DNA of 62,205 nt, filler included, from Pirum gemmata (GCA_002812295.1; 25 parts of 25 records of this genome joined end to end with filler, not necessarily neighbours in it); one strand, 5' to 3'. Counted from the whole stretch's first letter, positions 49,050 through 62,205 are shown. A program made the numbers and translations. Notes: generated by a model not told the origin, from the sequence alone.

Positions 49050-49682
49050 TCTTAAAAACTTTAATGCTAACTAAATTATTTTTAAAAACTGGCAATTGGT
49101 TCATAATAGAGTTTTCTTAGTTGAACGATTTCTCAAATTTTGGTAGTACTTTCATTAAAATTGGATTATTTTCATTTTTTTTTTTTTTGAGCTCATAATT
49201 ATTGTAGATGCCGCCATTTTTATCCGACTTGGTAGTTAATTAAAAACTAATAATAATAAATATTATAACTCTCAAAAAATAATTGGCTTTATAGTTTGTT
49301 GAAATTTTTAATTATAAATTTAAAAACGTAATAAATTAATTTGAGTTATTTTTAAATTTGTTGTTGTTGCTGTTGTTGTTATTGTTGTTGTTATTATTAT
49401 TGTTGTTATTGTTATCGTTATTATCATTATTTTTATTGTTATAATTAGTGTTTAACGTTATTGTTGCTGTTGTTAATATTACAATAAACAAAACATTAAT
49501 TTGCAAAATTTTAAATGTTTCATTTTATATTTGTAATTTATTACTTATTATTTATTATTTAAATTTATTATTTATTATTTATTAAAAATATTTATTTTAA
49601 TTATATTATTTATTATTTATTATTTACTTATTTATTATNNNNNNNNNNNNNNNNNNNNNNNNNNNNAATAACACTAATAATA

Positions 49683-49714
<32 letters not shown>

Positions 49715-49987
49715 GTCATCAAAAGGGAATTGTATGGGTAGTTTGTAGACAAAAACCACGCTATGATAAAAATGCACCTCATTGGCTAACTTAATTTGCA
49801 TAAGTATAAGTATAAGTATAAGTATAAGTATAAGTATAAGTATAAGTATAAGTATAAGTAACATGGCATTGTGTCATAATATTAGTAGTAGTAATAGTAG
49901 TAGCAGTATTAATAATAGTAATAATAATTAATAATAATAGTAGTAATAGTACTTGTAGTAGGTATTAGTAGTAGTAGTAGTAGTAGC

Positions 49988-50057
<70 letters not shown>

Positions 50058-50210
50058 ACAGTAATGTATACAATAATAATAATAATAATAATATCAGATG
50101 GATCTGACTTTCATAAATTATTTATTATTTTAAAAAAATATAGACTGAAAGAAAACTTGATTTAAAGTAGCTTAGTAGTTCATTTTTTTTTGTTTTGCCT
50201 GTTTGTCATT

Positions 50211-50578
50211 CTAACCCTAACCCTAACCCTAACCCTAACCCTAACCCTAACCCTAACCCTAACCCTAACCCTAACCCTAACCCTAACCCTAACTGTTAAC
50301 CCTAACTGCTAACCCTAACCCAAACCCAAACCCTAACCCTAACCCTAACCCTAACCCTAACCCTAACCCTAACCCTAACCCTAACCATAACCCTAACCNN
50401 NNNNNNNNNNNNNNNNNNNNNNNNNNNNNNNNNNNNNNNNNNNNNNNNNNNNNNNNNNNNNNNNNNNNNNNNNNNNNNNNNNNNNNCCTAACCCTAACCC
50501 TAACCCTAACCCTAACCCTAACCCTAACCCTAACCCTAACCCTAACCCTAACCCTAACCCTAACCCTAACCCTAACCC
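50211..50578 (-). repeat. Long (TAACCC)n telomeric array with an internal N gap
   Basis: Read directly; non-telomeric sequence lies on both sides. Confidence 0.92.
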
Positions 50579-50725
50579 GAGTAAGGACACCATACGGTAC
50601 ACCACCACTTGGCACAACCGGACATTCCCAAAAATCAATCTTTTTTAATTAGTAAAACTTCAATCCTATCGTAGCTAGCTAGCTAGCTAGTAGTAAATTT
50701 TAGCGTTTGGTATTGATATAATATC

Positions 50726-51220
50726 ATCGACTTGTTTACGAAAAATATCGATTTTTTCAATATCGATTGGCGTTTTTTAAATTTCGATAATATCGAAAAA
50801 AAATCAATGTTTGGTTTGAGAACTTCGATATTTATCGAAAAAAATGGATATTTGGTTTGAGAATTTCGACATTTATGAGAAAAAATCGATATTTGGTTTG
50901 ATAATTTCGATATTTATCGAAAAATGAAACTAGTATCATCCTGGGAATTGACATAAACAATGTCATCAGCATTTAAAACTACAGATTCTACAGTTTGACC
51001 TGATCTTAATTCTGAATATAAATTAATATTTTCAGTAGTTTCTACATTTGAGAATTTCGATATTAAATATCGATATTGACTTTCAAATATTCGATATTTA
51101 TCGAAAAATCGATATTAACTTTCAAATATTTGATAATATCGATAAACTATCGATGTTTACTTATTTACATTCGATATTTATCGAAAAAATATCGATCTGA
51201 TTTTTTGAAATTCGATATAT
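50726..51220. mobile_element. TCGATAT-rich repeat element interrupted by a 120-bp coding-like insert; its left end also occurs at ~28643-28685
   Basis: CATCGACTTGTTTACGAAAAATATCGATTTTTTCAATATCGA is shared with 28643. Internal subrepeats TTTGGTTTGAGAATTTCGATATTTATCGAAAAA. Confidence 0.6.
50926..51047 (-). pseudogene. Fragment resembling a phage/giant-virus fibre motif (ATT.NI.L...G.T+DGV.L..GD.VLVK.Q.D.S)
   Basis: Translation VETTENINLYSELRSGQTVESVVLNADDIVYVNSQDDTS; similarity judged by eye. Confidence 0.5.
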
Positions 51221-52311
51221 TATGTGTCTAGCTAGTGGAATGTGTAGAATTCTATTATTTTAAAAAAAAAATTTGGGGAAATTATCTAGTGGAATGTGTG
51301 GAATTCTACATTTGGAATGTGTAGAATTCTACATTTGGAATGTGTAGAATTCTATTATTAAAATTTTTTTGGGGAAATTCAGTTAGTGGAAATAATGTGG
51401 AAATTCCAAAAAATTACTCTATTTGCTAATTCCCTAAAACCAAGCTGCTTGTTTATACAGTACATATAATTTGGAAAGCTATTTGGAACTTAATTTGGGT
51501 AAATTTCACTTTTTTTCCACCTTATTTGGGTTGATCGGGGTTAGGCCGATGACAAAACCCTACGGGGCCCAGTGTAATAAGTCAAAATTTATTTTGTGTT
51601 GCAAGAAATAAATTTTGTGTAGCGAGATAGGAAGTTGTGTAGCGAGGTAGTGAGCAAATAGTTGTAGTTTGGCTTTGTGTTTCAAGCTGTAGATTAGTTC
51701 GAACATGTAAAAATTNNNNNNNNNNNNNNNNNNNNNNNNNNNNNNNNNNNNNNNNNNNNTTAATTAATTAANNNNNNNNNNNNNNNNNNNNNNNNNNNNN
51801 NNNNNNNNNNNNNNNTTTGTATTATTATTATTGTGATTAGTATTATTATTATTGTAATTATTATTATTATTAGTTGCTGTACTAAGGCCTTACAATTATC
51901 CTGGATGAAAAAATCACATTACTTGTAAATATAACATGTACATTACCAATCTAATAAAACTCAAGAAGCTCCTTTTCACGATTGGATATTTAATTAAAAA
52001 GTTGAAAAGGCTGATAAAATCAATTGATTAAAAAATTTCTTAAGGTTGAAAATTTTAAGCTTATTTGGAATTGGCTTCCAAGAGTTTTTTTTTGTTAGTG
52101 AATGGCCTTGTGTTGTACCAAAATTATTGCTACAAATCTTTCATTTCAAGAAAAATGAGTAATATGAAAGTTTTTGCGTATTATTAATGTTATATACTAC
52201 TTATTTTACTATTTTCCGATGTATACGTAGTTACTTTCATTGCGCTTTTTTTTTTTTTACGATTAATATTTTTTGGTTGTTGGTTATGTTTTCCAAAGGA
52301 CAGGGGTATAT

Positions 52312-52826
52312 TTAGACTGGAATCGATACAATGTCAACTTCCGATTCTAAAATCATTATAAATATATACAAGTTTGGATCGGTTAACAATAATAAAAACA
52401 ACAATAAATCAAAAAAACACCAACAGTAACATTTTATATCAAAATTAATCAAAATAAATAGGGACCAACCCAAACTCATTAAAAGCAACAGCAGCAACAG
52501 AAGCAACAACAGCAACAACAACAATAATACGAATAACAACATTGAAACAGTATTTACCTCCGTTTCTAAAACGAAGTACTTACGAATAATTTATAATTCA
52601 TGTATATAGTGGACAACAAAATTAAATGTCCATAAAATCATTGGGTAAAAGTGGGTGAAATTTAAAATACCTTCTTTTTCATTTTTTTCAAACAAAATCG
52701 AAGCAGTAGCAGCAACTTTATCGGAAGGGTCATCATTGGCAGAATCAGTTTCATTATTAATTTCATCCAACATACTTAAACCAATATTTTTCTCAGTTTT
52801 CTCCAAGCATTCTCTATCTGTATCAT
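52312..52826 (-). CDS. 3' exons of an unknown gene (52826-52671; last exon from 52346; possible micro-exon ending at 52558)
   Basis: Exon with an ATAG acceptor and AAG|GTATTT donor encoding DTDRECLEKTEKNIGLSMLDEINNETDSANDDPSDKVAATASILFEKNEKE; TTTTAG acceptor at 52347. Confidence 0.5.
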
Positions 52827-52879
52827 CTATTTCACAAAATAATAATTAATAATAAACTTAGCACTTTTATATAAAAACT

Positions 52880-54128
52880 ATAAATTCGAATGGGAAAGAC
52901 TTTTCATAAAAATAGTTGAAACCAATTCAAAAAGCTTTTGTATTGTCTGTAATGTGGTGTAGTGTGGTGTAGTGTAGTGTAGTGTGGTGTAGTGTAGTGT
53001 AGTGTAGTGTAGTGTAGTGTAGTGTAGTGTAGTGTAGTGTAGTGTAGTGTAGTGTAAATTCGAATGGGAATGACTTTTCATAAAAATAGTTGAAACCAAT
53101 TCAAAAAGCTTTTGTGTTGTCTGTACTGTAGTGTAGTGTGGTGTAGTGTGGTGTAGTGTGGTGTAGTGTAGTCTAGTGTAGTGTAGTCTAGTGTAGTGCT
53201 GCGTAGTGTAGTGTAGTGTAGTGTAGTGTAGTGTAGTGTAGTGTAGTTTAGTGTAGAATGTGATTTGATATGGTATAATATATTACATTATTATATTATA
53301 TTATATTGTATTGTATTGTATTGTATTGTATTGTATTGCATTGTATTGCATTTTGTTGTGTTGTGTTTTTGTTGTGTTGTGCTGTGTTGTGTTGTGTTTT
53401 TGTTGTGTTGTACTGTGCTGTGTTGTTTTATGTTGTGTTGTGTTGTGTTGTGTTGTGTTGTGTTGTGTTGTATTATATTATATTATATTATATTATATTA
53501 TATTATATTATATGATATTATATTATATCGTATCGTATAGTATAGTATTGTATCGTATCGTATTATATCGTATTATATTGTATCGTATTGTATTGTATTG
53601 TATTGTATTGCATTGTATTGTATTGTATTATATTGTATTGTATTGTATTGTATTGTATTGTATTGTATTGTATTGTATTGTATTGTATTGTATTGTATTG
53701 TATTGTATTGTATTGTATTGTATTNNNNNNNNNNNNNNNNNNNNNNNNNNNNNNNNNNNNNNNNNNNNNNNNNNNNNNNNNNNNNNNNNNNNNNNNNNNN
53801 NTTGTATTGTATTGTATTGTATTGTATTGTATTGTATTGTATTGTATTGTATTGTATTGTATTGTATTGTATTGTATTGTATTTTATTGTATTGTATTGT
53901 ATTGTAGTGTAGTGTAGTGTAGTGTATTGTATTGTATTGTATTGTATTGTATTGTATTGTATTGTATTGCACTAATTGCATGGTATTATATTGTACTGAA
54001 TTGTATTGTGTTGTACTGTATTGTACTGTACTGTATTGTATTATATTATATTATAGTGTATTGTATTGTATTAGATTATATTATATTATATTACACTGTA
54101 TTGTATTGTACTGTACTGTATTGTATTG
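52880..54128. repeat. Pentamer microsatellite block (GTAGT, GTGTT, TATAT, GTATT) with a ~70-bp unique segment duplicated at ~52880 and ~53055
   Basis: Read directly. Confidence 0.92.
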
Positions 54129-55977
54129 NNNNNNNNNNNNNNNNNNNNNNNNNNNNNNNNNNNNNNNNNNNNTTAATTAATTAANNNNNNNNNNNNNNNN
54201 NNNNNNNNNNNNNNNNNNNNNNNNNNNNTTATTATTATTATTATAATTACTTATATAGTTTTAATTATTATAATTGTACATGTAGTTTGTTGACTTGTTT
54301 CATAAAACTTTAGTATAATTATTTGATTGATGATTGAAATGGTGTTCTGCTAGTTAGAATCTCTAGCTAGCATAGTGCTAATGTGCTATATGTTAGCTAG
54401 CTAGTAGCCAGCTGTCTCAAAGCTGTATCATCAGCTTTATTATAGTTAGTCAGGAGAGAAAGGAAAAAAAATGTAAAAGAGAAAGGGCTGGCTGGATCTA
54501 CTCATTTACGAGAAATTACGACAATCAAATCAGTCAAATCGTGGCACTATACTATATACCAAAATACCAAGGTATTATGAAACAAGGCAACAATCTACAA
54601 CTATAATTATTATTGTGCTTTTCACTCCAAATATTTATTTGGTTGGTTATGATATTTAAATTGACTTTTTTTAAATGAATAAATAGATAATAAAATATAC
54701 CAAATTAAATGAAATGGATTTATATTGTATTTATTTGGTACTCTTTTTTGTATATTTTATGATGACAAAACAACTGAAAAGTACGATTATGTTAAAACTG
54801 TATATCATATTAACCGTAACCTACTGCTCCTCCTTTTTCACTATGCCATAGAAAAAGAAAAATAGGACCTTTATTATTATTATTATTATTATTACAAGGA
54901 AGAGATAATAATATGAATTATATTTTGTTCAATTAAATTTTGTTAATTGGGTTTTAATGATTCTTTTAATATATTATTACATTATGTATGTTATAAATTT
55001 GAAGAAAGTCCAATGTTTTATAGACATTGTAAATTGTAATGCTACTCAAATTGCCTTACAACATTGGGAAAGTTACACTAAAGTTACCCAGTTTTTTTTT
55101 ATTATTTTTATTTTTTCGTACGTACGGTACGATACATAAAAAATAAAAAAAATAAAATAAAAAAAAACCTGAAAAAATATGATTGATAAAAGATAATAAT
55201 AATCTACTAGATAATAATATTTTAGAATCCATTATTGTTATAATTTTAAAAAATTATGATATCATTTTTATAATATAATAAATCTATCGTGCTTTTCAGT
55301 TATTTTGTCATAATAGAATACACAGTAATAAATACCAAATTAATACTATGTCAAATTTATTTGATACAATTTAATTAACTTGGCGTGTTTAATAATTTAC
55401 ATTTCAATTTAAAATAACCACGTTTATAAATTTGAAAGTGCCAAATAAANNNNNNNNNNNNNNNNNNNNNNNNNNNNNNNNNNNNNNNNNNNNNNNNNNN
55501 NNNNNNNNNNNNNNNNNNNNNNNNNNNNNNNNNNNNNNNNNNNNNNNNNNNNNNNNNNNNNNNNNNNNNNNNCTACTAAATAAATAATTACAAATACTAA
55601 ATATGGTAAGGCGAAACAGGCGAACAACATTTACTTTGTGCCTCGGTCAAAAAAGTTCGCCATAAGAGTTCTCACCCCTCCTTTTTTAAAATAGGATCAA
55701 TAGCTAGACCTACTAGTCTAAGAGTCAAGTTTAATCCTACCATCATACTGGTAGTCTATCCGATCGGTCTCGTACCCTAACCCTAACCCTAACCCTAGTA
55801 TATATAGTATACTGGTATATTTTGACACTCTGAATATTTATATGGAGGGTTATAATATTTAAATTGGAATTTTTAAATCAATAAATAAATAATAAAATAT
55901 ACCAAATTAAATTAAAAGGTTTATATTGTATATTTTATGATAACAAAACAACTGAAAAAAAAATAATAATATCATAA

Positions 55978-56020
<43 letters not shown>

Positions 56021-57164
56021 AAAAAAAAAAAAAAAAAAAAAAATTAACTAAAAATATCAGACCTTCAGCAAGGTGTGAATTTTATGTTTTTTTTGGTGAA
56101 TTTTTTTTTGGTGGTAGAGCTCGTACCATATACAAGGTTAGTTATCGATACGAGGTCCGCAAAAGACACACCCCTACTGGGTCTTCTTGCTACTATAGCC
56201 TGGGTGAGGCATCATAGCTATGTGAGTGCTAATAATGCGTATGATAGATGGTCTACTCACAGAACTGGTCTTTATATTGTCTTTATCCAGAACGGCATTT
56301 TCTGGTCAAATACAGCTTCAAATACCCCTACCTACCTACCCCTTGACGTTGATTTCTGGTCAAACACCACCTACCCACCTACCCCTTGACGTGACGTATT
56401 ATTTGAAAAGAAAATAGTGAGAAAATCTTTTTTTTTTTCCAATTTTTTTTACTGCTTGGGTTCCCCAGGTTTACCGGAACTATTATCAATTATTATTAAT
56501 TATTATTAGTATTAATTATTATTATTTATTATTTATTATTATTAGTATTNNNNNNNNNNNNNNNNNNNNNNNNNNAATAATAATAATAATAAGATAATAT
56601 CTGCTTAATTAATTAATGGATGGTATTACTTACTAACCCTATATATTCTATAACCCTAACCATATATTATGAAATATATAATATACTGAATAATACACTG
56701 AATATATATACATCTTAAAAAAAGGGGAGTGTCTACCCTAACCTTAACCTTAACCCTAGCCCTGACCCTAACCCCTAGACCCTAACCCTAACCCTAACCC
56801 CTAGACCCTAACCCTAATCCTAACCCCTAGCTAGACCCTAACCCTAATCCTAACCCTGTCACCTTATCATGAATTGTTACTCGTTCAAGCCTCTAGTAGT
56901 CATTGAAACACTCTTAAGTTGAAATACTACTATCGTCTAGCTCTACTTCATTACAGTTATCCCCTCACTCTTTAATTTGGTACTGTTTAAGTGTATAATT
57001 GAACTTGTTTATAAAATAAAATAATATGTATAAAATACCAAATTAATTAAAACATGTCTGATAGTTTAGCCATAATAATAATTGGGTATGTTTATTTCAG
57101 TTTTTGAACTGGACAACACTATTGAAAAACACGATATTGAATACTGGAAGTCTAAACTATTTTT

Positions 57165-57388
57165 AACCCTAACCTTAACCCTAACCTTAACCCTAACCTT
57201 AACCCTAACCTTAACCCTAACCTTTTAACCCTAACCTTAACCCTAACCTTAACCCTAACCTTAACCCTAACCTTAACTCTAACCTTAACCCTAACCTTAA
57301 CCCTAACCTTAACCTTAACCTTAACCCTAACTTTAACCCTAACCTTAAAACCCTAACCTTAACCCTAACCTTAACCCTAACCTTAACC
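57165..57388 (-). repeat. Variant telomere-like 12-mer array (TAACCC-TAACCT)n
   Basis: Regular alternation of canonical and variant hexamers. Confidence 0.9.
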
Positions 57389-57488
57389 NNNNNNNNNNNN
57401 NNNNNNNNNNNNNNNNNNNNNNNNNNNNNNNNTTAATTAATTAANNNNNNNNNNNNNNNNNNNNNNNNNNNNNNNNNNNNNNNNNNNN

Positions 57489-57534
<46 letters not shown>

Positions 57535-57543
57535 ATATCTATA

Positions 57544-57605
<62 letters not shown>

Positions 57606-57820
57606 CCTACTTATCTCTCTCTCTCTCTCTCTCTCTCTAGTGAGCAAATGAGTGAGTGTATGTGCATGTGTTTGTGTGTGAGTTTGCGAATGAGTGAGTT
57701 TGAGTGAGTTTGAGTGAGTGAGTAAGTGAGTGAGTAAGTAAGTGAGTGAGTGAGTGAGTGAGTTTGAGTGTGAGTGAGTGAGTGTGTATATATGTGTGAA
57801 TATTTAAAAATTTTAAATAC

Positions 57821-58666
57821 CTCTTCTGCAAACTCTGCCCATTTTAAGCAACGTTGAAGGTAAGATTTAGTAATTCGTTGAACTGCTCTGCTTTCACTAA
57901 CTTGGAAAGCATATATCATTCCTCGAATTTGTTCATATAAATGAGTATGTTTCTTGTTATTCTCTGCAACAGAATTCTGCCTGTGAAATACCTGTGAGTT
58001 GGCATTATTTGTGCTGACTTTGCTGACTTTATGATTGTCATTTCTATTACGGTTGCTATGGTTCTGGTTTTTGGAATCGCCCTTGTTACGAAAAGTAATA
58101 TTATTATCAAAACTATTATCACTGTTGTTATTCATATTAATACTATTATCATTTTCAATACTGTTATCATGATCAATGTAAGTTTTGTTGCTATTATTAA
58201 AACTATAATTGTTATTGTTATTATTAGTAGTAAAATTATCATTATTAAAATTGTGTATGATGCTAGTGATTGTAGGAGTTGCAGTAGTACATTTTGGAGC
58301 GTCTTTATTGTTTTCAATTTTATTAATACAACCCTTGTTATATTTACCTTCTTCATCTATTATCATAACATCGTCCTTACTGTTTTCCATATTATTACTC
58401 CAATCCTTGTTACCTTCTTCATCTATTATTATAACATCGTCCTTATTTCCAAACGAATTATTAAAGCTTTTGTTAAAGGTCTCAAAGTTGAGCTTATTTT
58501 GCACTTTGTTATTTTTTGCATTACTAACCCTTTTCTTCTTAGTTATTGATCCTTTATTTTTTTTAACTGTGGAATTTTCATTTTTCCCCTTTAGTAGTTT
58601 AGTATTATTTTTATATGAAAAACTTGAAAATCTATTTTTGGTTTGTAAATCAAATTTGGTTTCCAT
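57821..58666 (-). CDS. First exon (282 codons) of an unknown Asn-rich protein
   Basis: AAAAAA-ATG start and open frame to the donor GAG|GTATTT at 57821/57820. The ORF-track extension beyond that point is intronic microsatellite. Confidence 0.75.
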
Positions 58667-60015
58667 TTTTTTAAGTATTTTTAGGATTTTTATTAATAAT
58701 TATTAAATAATTTAGTAAATTAAAATGAAAAAGTAGAATTTTGAAACTTTGAACCACCCTTTTATATATAAATAAAATTTATCATATCATAATACATTCC
58801 TAACCAGCAGTGATAAAAATCTGATAGTCTAGTCTAAAAAACAAAAGAAAAAAGAACTAAAGAAGTAGTCTACTAAGAAATAGAAGAGAAGAAATACTGG
58901 ATAAAATTGACTAGATAAAATTGAGTTTTAATTTAAAATTGGCGCTTCTTTCTCCTTTAAATAAAAAGTTACCATATAATTTTATAGAAGTTCCATTTAT
59001 CTAAATTTATTTTTTATTAACTGTATTTATCTAAATATGGTAACCAAAAAATTAAATAGAACTCTTTTAAAATTTAAAAGATACCAAATAAATAGTTTTC
59101 AAAAGCAATGATTAATTAAAAATTTCATGACGTCATTACAAGTGACGTAATCTTGTAGTCTCTGTTGTCAGTCTGGAGTGGGTTTCATACTAAACTAGCC
59201 AAATTATTTTTAAAAAGTAGCCATTGGTTCATTATAGAGTTGTTTTAGTTAAACTATTCCTTAAACATTTGGTAGCACTTTAATTAAAATTGCACCATTT
59301 TGAGATTTTTTATATTTTTGGGCTCATATGGTGGATGTCTTCATTAAATTTTTATAAATGTCTAGACCTGAGATGTCTAGACCTAAGAAAGTAGGGGTGA
59401 GATATCTACTGGAACTTTTTTCGAACATATGCTTATCGAGCCAACCTTAGTTCCGTGTTTCTTATTAATAATAGCAGTTAAATAGCTTAAAATCCGGCAG
59501 CTGCTCGGTAATAATAAAATGACGTCATTTAACCCCTACTACTAAGAAAACTGTGAATTTATAGTGAATTTATAAATTAGTGTGCATATACGATGAGTGA
59601 CGCTAAATAGACCGAAATCTAAAGATTTTGCACGTCAGCATAATCGATACTTTTATTATTCTATGATAAAGACTATTATTATTATTATTTATTATTATTA
59701 ATTTATTATCGATATGAATTATTATTGCTATTACTATTGTTATTGTTATTATTAGTATTAGTATTAGTATTATTATNNNNNNNNNNNNNNNNNNNNNNNN
59801 NNNNNNNNNNNNNNNNNNNNTTAATTAATTAANNNNNNNNNNNNNNNNNNNNNNNNNNNNNNNNNNNNNNNNNNNNTTATATATAGCCCTCACTACCATT
59901 TTTGTTAATGTAATTTCTATATTATTATTAATAAGTACCGTTTAAAAAAAAATTGTCTTAATAAAATATGTAAATTAATATAATAACAATAACAACAAAA
60001 ATAATAATAATAATA

Positions 60016-60059
<44 letters not shown>

Positions 60060-61840
60060 GTAGTCATTTATATATAGGCATCATCAAAATACTCTTCATC
60101 AACTTATTATCTAGAATAACTCAAATAAAATAAAAACAGCATTGTTTCAGTTTAATTAGTGTTAGTAACAACATTTAACCTTTTCTATCAATAATTGCCA
60201 TTATTATTATTATTACCGACTAAAAAAAGACTTCATTTTCACTGTAGTCATCATCAAAATACTTTTCATAACTTAATTATCTAAAATTCAAATAAAAGAA
60301 AAACAACATTGTTTCAGTTTAATTAGTGTTAGTAACACCATTTAACTTTTTCTATTAATAATTGCCATTATTATTATTATATAGTCATCATCAACTTAAT
60401 TTTCTATAGTAATTCAAATAAAATAAAAACAACATTGTTTCAGCTTAATTAGTGTTAGTAACACTATTTAACTTTTTCTATTATAACTGCCATTATTATT
60501 ATTATTATTATTGACTTAAAAGAGACTTTTTTTTCACTGTAATCATCATCAAAATACTCTTCATCAACTTAATTATTTATAATAATTCAAATAAAATAAA
60601 AACAACATTGTTTCAGTTTAATTAGTGTTAGTAACACTATTTAACTTTTTCTATTAATAATTTTGCCACTATTCTTATTTTTATTATTGACTTAAAAGAG
60701 ACTTCATTTTCACTGTAGTCATCATTAATTATTTATAATAATAATTCAAATAAAATAAAAACAAAATTGTTTCAGTTTAATTAGTGTTAGTAACACTATT
60801 TAACTTTTTCTATTAATAATTTTGCCACTATTATTATTATTATTGACTTAAAAAAAGAGACTTCATTTTTACTGTAGTCATCATCAAAATACTCCTCATC
60901 AACTTAATTATTTATAANAACATAGTTTCAGTTTAATTAGTGTTAGTAACACTATTTAACTTTTTCTATTAATAATTTTGCCACTATTATTATTATTATT
61001 GACTTAAAAGAGATTTCATTTTCACTGTAGTCATCATCAAAATACTCTTTATCAACTTAATTATCTAATTCAACTAAAACAAAACAACATAGTTTCAGTC
61101 TAATTAGTTTAGTTAGTGTTAGTAACACTATTTAACTTTTTCTATTAATAATTTTGTCATTATTATTATTATTATTGACTAAAAAGAGATTTATAAATTA
61201 TTTTAACGATTGTTTTCATTTTCACTGTAGTCATCATCAAAATACTCTTCATCAACTTAATTATCTATAATTCAAATAAAATAAAAACAACATTGTTTCA
61301 GTTTAATTAGTGTCAGTAACACTATTTAACTTTTTCTATTAATAATTTTGCCATTATTATTATTATTATTATTGACTAAAAAGAGACTTATAAATCATTT
61401 TAACGATTGTTTTCATTTTCACTATAGTCATCATCAAAATACTTTTCATCAACTTAATTATCTATAATTCAAATAAAATAAAAACATCATTGTTTCAGTT
61501 TAATTAGTGTTAGTAACACTATTTAACCTTTTCTGCTAATAATTGCCATTATTATTATTATATAGTCATCTTATATAGTCATCATCAAAATACTCTTCAT
61601 CAACTTAATTATCTATAAAATCCAAATAAATAAAAACAGCATTGATTCAGTTTAATTAGTGTTAGTAACACTATTTAACCTTTTCTATTAATAATTGCCA
61701 TTATTATTAATATTACTATTGACTAATCATAAAAAGAGATTTATAAATCATATTCACGATTGCTTTCATTTTCACTGTATTCATCATCCATCTCATTTAA
61801 AAAATAATCTTCATCATCTTCATCATTATCTAAAATTAAA
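60060..61840. repeat. AT-rich satellite, about 10 copies of a ~125-195 bp unit
   Basis: Core GTTTCAGTTTAATTAGTGTTAGTAACACTATTTAAC at ~60150, 60315, 60440, 60615, 60775, 60930, 61105, 61300, 61497, 61650. Confidence 0.93.
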
Positions 61841-61909
61841 ATAAAATAAAAGCAAAATAAAAACCAAAAAAACACATAAACACAAAGCCACAGAATAAAA
61901 AAAAAGCCA

Positions 61910-62205
61910 AAGGGGTTAAGGAATAGAGGATAGGGGATAGGAGTTAAAGGATAGGGGATAGGGTTAGGGGTTAGGGGTTAGAAGGGGTATAGAAAGGGTA
62001 TAGAAGGGGTATAGAAGGGGTGTAGAAGAGGTGTAGAAGGGGTGTGGAAGGGATACAGAAGAGGTGTAGAATGGGTATAGAAGGGGTGTAGAAGAGGTGT
62101 AGAAGAGGTGTAGAAGGGGTGTAGAAGGGGTGTAGAAGGGGTGTAGAAGGGGTGTAGAAGGGGTGTAGAAGGGGTATGGAAGGAGTGTAGAAGGAGTGTA
62201 GAAGG
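61910..62205 (+). repeat. G-rich terminal tract: TTAGGGG/ATAGGGG units grading into the 11-mer (AGAAGGGGTGT)n
   Basis: Read directly. Confidence 0.85.

Noticed and set aside
53265..54184. Many CIVLY-repeat ORFs (likewise 5132-5634, 11622-11972, 12925-13240, 37720-38065, 38704-39180, 50289-50638)
   Set aside because: They are translations of microsatellites that lack stops in several frames.
60060..61840. CRISPR array (palindromic repeat at regular spacing)
   Set aside because: The sequence between the palindromes is itself repeated rather than unique, there are no cas genes, and the context is eukaryotic.
1..62205. A multi-gene system inferred from gene neighbourhood
   Set aside because: The contigs are concatenated arbitrarily, so adjacency across linkers carries no information.
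1..62205. tRNA, rRNA or snRNA genes and autonomous transposases
   Set aside because: None recognised by eye. tRNAscan-SE, Infernal and HMM searches would be needed to exclude divergent ones.

Overview
This is not a contiguous locus. It is a pseudo-scaffold of 25 unplaced contigs (mostly about 2.3 kb) joined by 24 identical artificial 100-nt linkers (44 N + TTAATTAATTAA + 44 N), so gene neighbourhood across linkers means nothing. The DNA comes from a very AT-rich, intron-rich microbial eukaryote: GT-AG introns, (A/G)CTAA(T/C) branch sites, TTAGGG-type telomeric repeats, and TAA/TAG used as stops. The species cannot be identified from the window. Recognisable genes, several missed by the ORF track because they are spliced: the 3' half of a DRG1-type GTPase (6 exons), the 3' end of a YEATS4/Yaf9-like gene, the 3' end of a PDAP1/PP28 gene fused to a SAP domain, two POLE2/DPB2 exons (one ending at a GC donor), an intronless App1-type phosphatase with a signal peptide, a frameshifted ABCG fragment and a decayed LINE relic. 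There are also several unknown secreted or membrane proteins, about seven dispersed MITE-like repeat families, and many satellites and microsatellites. The best candidates for novelty are: (1) a complete single-pass receptor (17302-18675) with a duplicated 6-Cys module, a Ser/Pro stalk and a beta-integrin/Sib-like NPxY-x8-NPxx tail; (2) a ~440-nt gene-derived fold-back (42075-42513) that could be a hairpin-RNA locus; (3) several virus-like fragments (36328-37229, 45722-46197, 50926-51047); (4) repeated tandem re-duplication of gene 3' ends. All homology calls come from motif recognition by eye, not from database searches.
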